The notes beneath the pieces are model-generated. The model did no database searches and was not told the origin of the DNA. It saw only the letters and a program-made list of their open reading frames with translations. A stretch of 64,000 nt of DNA, from contig JBMORA010000034.1 of NCBI GenBank assembly GCA_049320885.1, forward strand, positions 32,001 to 96,000. Direction: 5' to 3'. Position 1 is the first letter of the stretch. Every line of letters begins with the position of its first letter. The position numbers and the translations under genes are program-made. Source of the stretch: Thermodesulfobacteriota bacterium (GTDB taxonomy: Bacteria; Desulfobacterota; Desulfobacteria; Desulfobacterales; SURF-7). Of this stretch, positions 59,930 through 64,000 are shown piece by piece.

Positions 59930-60172
59930 TCACTCCTTTCCGCCTGATTTCCGGAAGTGCTGAACCGCAGCCGCGATATCCGCCAAATCCCCCCGGGCCG
60001 CCTTCAGGTTTTCCTCCTGGATGCGCTCATACACCTCATGCCGATGAATGGCCACCCGCTTGGGGGCCTCGACCCCCAGCCTGACATTGCCTTTGCTGAT
60101 TTCCAGAATGCTGACGACGATGTCGTCGCCGATTTGAATGCGCTCCCCCACCTTGCGCGTAAGTACCAACAT
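59930..60172 (-). CDS. csrA: Carbon storage regulator CsrA
   Basis: [40 protein letters not shown]. Confidence 0.97.
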   Translation of the reverse strand: MLVLTRKVGERIQIGDDIVVSILEISKGNVRLGVEAPKRVAIHRHEVYERIQEENLKAARGDLADIAAAVQHFRKSGGKE

Positions 60173-60223
60173 ATGCCCTCCCTGGCTCCGGCCGTCGCAT
60201 CTCCGGCGACGGGATGCTGAAGA

Positions 60224-60336
60224 ATTTGAGATTTGAAATTTGAGATTTGAAAGTCCACCCCCATCTCAAATCTGAAATCTCAAATCAAAATGATACCATC
60301 CACCATTCGTAATTCGTAATTCCTAATTCGTCATTG
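60224..60336. repeat. Composite heptamer element 6, an inverted homologue of element 5
   Basis: (ATTTGAG ATTTGAA)x2, loop, CTCAAATCTGAAATCTCAAATCAAAAT, then ATTCGTA ATTCGTA ATTCCTA ATTCGTC ATTG. Confidence 0.88.
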
Positions 60337-60344
60337 TCTTTATT

Positions 60345-60372
60345 ATATCGGTAGCCCCGCCCGTTTTCTCAA
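60345..60372 (-). promoter_or_regulatory. Possible sigma28 promoter of csrA-fliW
   Basis: TTGAG-N15-ACCGATAT; weak -35. Confidence 0.4.
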
Positions 60373-60394
60373 GCCTTTTTTCCCCTGCCCGGCA

Positions 60395-63300
60395 TCAAAG
60401 GAAATCCACCAGGCTGAGCTTCATGACCTTGGCGGAAGACGAAAGCGCCGCCTGGTAGGCCAGTTGATTCTTCTGGAGATCCATGAGAGCCTTGATATAA
60501 TCGGCATCCTCGATATTGCTGCGGCGCTCGGTCAGACTCAGGTTGAGATCGATGTTGATTTTCTGCTTGACCTCGATGCGGTTGGCCTTTACACCGGTAT
60601 CCGCGATGAAGGACTCGATATGATTGTAATGCGTATGCAGGCGGGTCAGGGAACGCTCGATGCCGCTCACATCGTTGGCTTCCAGGTAGCCCTTCAAATC
60701 GATCAGGGTCTGGAAAATACCCCATTCCGTTTGCTTGTCACTTTCCAGGACCGCGACGCTGTCGTCTTCCGGATTGAATCCCAGGACGCCGGCGGCGCTG
60801 GCATTACTGTTCCGTCCGCTCTGCCAGAGGAGATCCAGCTGATCCAGGGTCACACCGCTTTCCTTGATGGTGAAGGTTCGGTTGGTGGGATCATAGGACA
60901 CGTCATAGGCAACACCGTGGCCGAAATGCGCGGACTCGCCGTTCATGGCCTCCTCCACCGCGGCGGCCAGCTCCGCAAGATTCCGGTATTCCCCGTTGGG
61001 TATGACCGCGCACAATTCGCAGGTCTCCCGGGTGTCGCCCCGCCGGACAATCTCGCGGAAATCGATGCGGTTGTTGCTGTCGTCGATGGTGATGTGGGCC
61101 ACATACTCGTCGCTGCCCGGCACGGTCACGACATCATCGGTGCCGTCGAATCCCAGGGTTGCGGCGGCACTGCTTGTCCGGTGGCTGCCCGTTCCCCACA
61201 ACAGCCGCAGCTCGCTCATGCCGGTGCTTTCGCCGCTGATGATGAAGCGACGGTTGGCCCCGTCGTAGGAGACGCTGTAGTCCACGGGCGGCGTCAACCC
61301 GGAGGCCGCCTCCAGGGCGTTCTCGATGGCCATGGACAGACTGGTCAAATCCGTATAGGCGCCGACGGGAATGACGGCGGTGCGCTCTCCCGATGTCCGG
61401 CCCGTCAAATCGTATTCCGCGAAATCGATCCGGTTGTTGCTGGCGTCGATGGTGATCAGCACCGCCTGGTTGTCGGCTGCATGGGAACTGACACCCGCGG
61501 CGGCATCATCGTCCGGCGCATAAAAGGTGACCGCCGCGCCCCCGTTGGCGGTGATGGAACCACCGGGCGGAGGCAGCAGGGTCGTTCCGGAAATGCCGCT
61601 CAGATCGAACCGGGCGTTGGCGCCTCCGGAGTCCGTAAAATTATCAATGCGCAAGGTGGCGTTCTGCAAGGTGAAATCAATGCCCGCCCCATTCAATGCA
61701 AAAGTGCCCGCGGTTCCGAAAGCCGCCGTCAACCGGCCTTGAAGCGCGGTCAGGATGGATTCGTTGGTATCCACAGCCGTATCCACGGTATGGGTGAAGG
61801 TCATGGTGCTGCCGGCGATGGTGAAATCCATGCTGATCACATCCCCGTTTTCCCAGCCGTTGCCCAGCAGATCGCCGCCGACCGTGCCGGCGGCATGCTC
61901 CGCATTGTCGTACCCCAGGACGGTGGCGGCGCTGCGGGCATGGTTCAAGCCGCTGTTCCACAACAAATGCAGTTCATTCAGGGTGGCGCCGGCATCGGCG
62001 ATGGTGAACCGGCGGGTGACGGGATCATAGTCAACGGCATAGTCCACGCCATTGGCCGTGGCGGCCTCCAAACGCGCTTCGATCTCCAGGGCCAGGTCCG
62101 CCGGACTGGTGTAGCTGCCATTGGTCAATGTCACGCCCAGGGGTGTGGCGACGCCGGCCACGACCTCTTCGAAATCAATCCGGTTGTTGTCGTTGGTAAT
62201 GGTGAACAGGGGCACCGGATGATCGCTCACCGGGATCTCCATGACATCGTCCGCCAGGAAAAAACCGAGGGTGTCGCCGGCGCTGGTGTCTGCATTGGGG
62301 CCGCTCCGCCACAGGAAATTCACCTGGCCCAGGGAAGCGCCGTCTCCATGAATGGAAAACCGGCTGGTCTCCGGATCATAGGCGACCGTATAGTCGGCCG
62401 GGGGCGCGATGGTGGAAGCGGCCTCAAGGGCCGCCTCGATGGCGGCGCTCAAGGTGTCCATATCGGTATACTCCCCATTCGGTCCCGGACCGGGCGGAAT
62501 GGTGGCGGTGAGCACGCCGCTGCTGGCGCCGGCGATATCGAATTCCTCAAAATCGATGTGGTTGTTGGTATGATCGATCATGATCCGGTTGATGGGCGTA
62601 ACCGGATTGTCACCGGTCAACGCGCGGTAGGTGACATCCCGGGCCTCCAGGCCCAGATCCACCCCGATGCTGCCCGCCGCGGCATCGGCGATGATGTCGA
62701 AGGCGATGAAATCATCGGCCCGGGAAACCGGTGTCGCGAACCGTACCCGGATATCGGCGGCGCCGTCCTCGTCCAGATCCAGATCAACACCATCGGCGGT
62801 CCCGGTGATGTTGACCGGAAGTTCATAACCCGGATCATTCTGAACGATCCAGCCGGTCCCTCCCCAGACCAGCCGGAAAGGCGCGGAACCCAGGGGCGAG
62901 GGAGTCGAAATGGTCAGGGCCTCCGGGTTCAGCACCGTAACGCCGGCATCAAACAGCGGCGCCCCGCCGGCGGTATCGAAGCCCTGGGGATCGAGGGTTG
63001 CGGGCCGCGGCGTGAAGGTTTCGCCCAGGGGTGAGTTCACCAGCACCGTACCCGGGCCGCCGGTGGAGCCCAGGTCCGTCCCGTTGCCCGCCGTGACGGA
63101 CAGACCGGCGGCGTTGCCCAGGGCGCCGGCGTTGTCGTCGCTGAAATTGGCAATGGCGAAGGCCTGGCCGCCGGTGGTCACAAAGGTGAAATCATTACCG
63201 TTGCGGCCGATGGTCACCTGGTTGCCGGCGCCGTCACCCAGGACGACATGCTCGCCGTTGTTCAAGGCCACGCCATTGTTGAAATGGCGCGAGATGGCGT

Positions 63301-64000
63301 CGGCGATGGTGGCATTGGTGACAGGACCGGCATCGCCGATGGCGTCCATGTCCACCGTGATATTGGCCACCGTGACGTCTCCCAGGGTCAGATCAAACCG
63401 GATCACGTCTCCGGTGGTGGTTCCGCCGTTGTAATCAAACCCATTGGCCGCGTAATTGCCGCCGAAGGACCCGGCCGCGTTGTTGGTCAGGGTCAGATTG
63501 TCGGCATGGATCCGCAGGCCCGAAAGGCTGGTGATGGTCACGCTGTTTTCGGCGGCAGTCAGCCGGTCGGCGTCGATGGCCAAATCCACGCCGTCCATGC
63601 CGGCTAGGGCGCTGGTGAGGGCCGTAAGGAAATTGGCCCGGGTGGTATCGTTGTCGGCGTCCACGGTGAAGGCCACCGCGGCGGTCTCCCCGCCGGCCGA
63701 AAGGGTGAATTCCACCAGATCCCCTGGATCCGCGCCGCTGCCGGCATCCGCCAGAATGCCGGCGATATCGATTTCCGCCCCGATGCCGGTATTGATGTTG
63801 CCGACCAAGGGCTCCCGGGTCGGATCCAGCAGCAGGGTGAACGTCAGTTCGCCGTCATAGGAGGAGCCGTCCGGTGTGATCTGGAATTTGCCGGTCTCCT
63901 CATCCGCGACCACATCATACACAATGCCGTGTCCGTAGGCCTCCGAGGCCGCGTTCATGGCGTTTCGCACCGCCAGGGCCAGACCTTCCGCCGTATAGGT
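60395..64000 (-). CDS. flgL: Very large hook-associated protein 3 (FlgL), 5'-truncated by the window edge
   Basis: C-terminal IFQTL..L...L, G.K.NR, RSNIEDAD, AYQAALSSSAKVMKLSLVDFL; frame open to 64000; upstream of csrA-fliW. Confidence 0.9.
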   Translation of the reverse strand, partial: TYTAEGLALAVRNAMNAASEAYGHGIVYDVVADEETGKFQITPDGSSYDGELTFTLLLDPTREPLVGNINTGIGAEIDIAGILADAGSGADPGDLVEFTLSAGGETAAVAFTVDADNDTTRANFLTALTSALAGMDGVDLAIDADRLTAAENSVTITSLSGLRIHADNLTLTNNAAGSFGGNYAANGFDYNGGTTTGDVIRFDLTLGDVTVANITVDMDAIGDAGPVTNATIADAISRHFNNGVALNNGEHVVLGDGAGNQVTIGRNGNDFTFVTTGGQAFAIANFSDDNAGALGNAAGLSVTAGNGTDLGSTGGPGTVLVNSPLGETFTPRPATLDPQGFDTAGGAPLFDAGVTVLNPEALTISTPSPLGSAPFRLVWGGTGWIVQNDPGYELPVNITGTADGVDLDLDEDGAADIRVRFATPVSRADDFIAFDIIADAAAGSIGVDLGLEARDVTYRALTGDNPVTPINRIMIDHTNNHIDFEEFDIAGASSGVLTATIPPGPGPNGEYTDMDTLSAAIEAALEAASTIAPPADYTVAYDPETSRFSIHGDGASLGQVNFLWRSGPNADTSAGDTLGFFLADDVMEIPVSDHPVPLFTITNDNNRIDFEEVVAGVATPLGVTLTNGSYTSPADLALEIEARLEAATANGVDYAVDYDPVTRRFTIADAGATLNELHLLWNSGLNHARSAATVLGYDNAEHAAGTVGGDLLGNGWENGDVISMDFTIAGSTMTFTHTVDTAVDTNESILTALQGRLTAAFGTAGTFALNGAGIDFTLQNATLRIDNFTDSGGANARFDLSGISGTTLLPPPGGSITANGGAAVTFYAPDDDAAAGVSSHAADNQAVLITIDASNNRIDFAEYDLTGRTSGERTAVIPVGAYTDLTSLSMAIENALEAASGLTPPVDYSVSYDGANRRFIISGESTGMSELRLLWGTGSHRTSSAAATLGFDGTDDVVTVPGSDEYVAHITIDDSNNRIDFREIVRRGDTRETCELCAVIPNGEYRNLAELAAAVEEAMNGESAHFGHGVAYDVSYDPTNRTFTIKESGVTLDQLDLLWQSGRNSNASAAGVLGFNPEDDSVAVLESDKQTEWGIFQTLIDLKGYLEANDVSGIERSLTRLHTHYNHIESFIADTGVKANRIEVKQKINIDLNLSLTERRSNIEDADYIKALMDLQKNQLAYQAALSSSAKVMKLSLVDFL

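Noticed and set aside
29523..60336. Heptamer arrays as a CRISPR array
   Set aside because: Units are 7 bp, contiguous, without unique spacers, and no cas genes are present.
60464..63034. 856-aa plus-strand ORF
   Set aside because: Antisense shadow of flgL.

Overview
GC-rich bacterial chromosome segment; the gene content fits a flagellated deltaproteobacterium such as Desulfobacterota (inference). Positions 1-28.7 kb hold metabolic and envelope genes (acyl-CoA dehydrogenase, htpG, class I fumarase, nitroreductase, pgm, lpxB with a GnnA-like dehydrogenase, CoA-transferase III, a ThDP enzyme, two PilZ proteins). Among them are a STAND-type class III cyclase, a secreted 36-aa-repeat beta-solenoid/amyloid-like protein, a VWA lipoprotein, a motB-motA pair in reversed order and a hypothetical protein with RelA/SpoT-synthetase-like motifs. 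Positions 28.7-64 kb form a flagellar filament and glycosylation region: a sigma28 operon ending in a short flagellin; a 17-kb nonulosonic acid (pse-like) and Maf island headed by a MerR-HTH-PseB fusion; two PIN toxin-antitoxin pairs; a 1295-aa flagellin with a repetitive Ser/Thr/Gly/Ala insert; fliD-fliS-fliT-like-flaG; fliW-csrA; and a >1200-aa FlgL with a repeated domain. The main signal not explained by genes is six degenerate 7-bp tandem arrays (ATTCGTA and ATTTGAG types). I saw them only at gene boundaries of the flagellar region, partly as inverted pairs and next to sigma28/sigma54 promoter motifs. No rRNA, tRNA, CRISPR array or transposase was recognised. All calls come from reading motifs by eye, without database searches.
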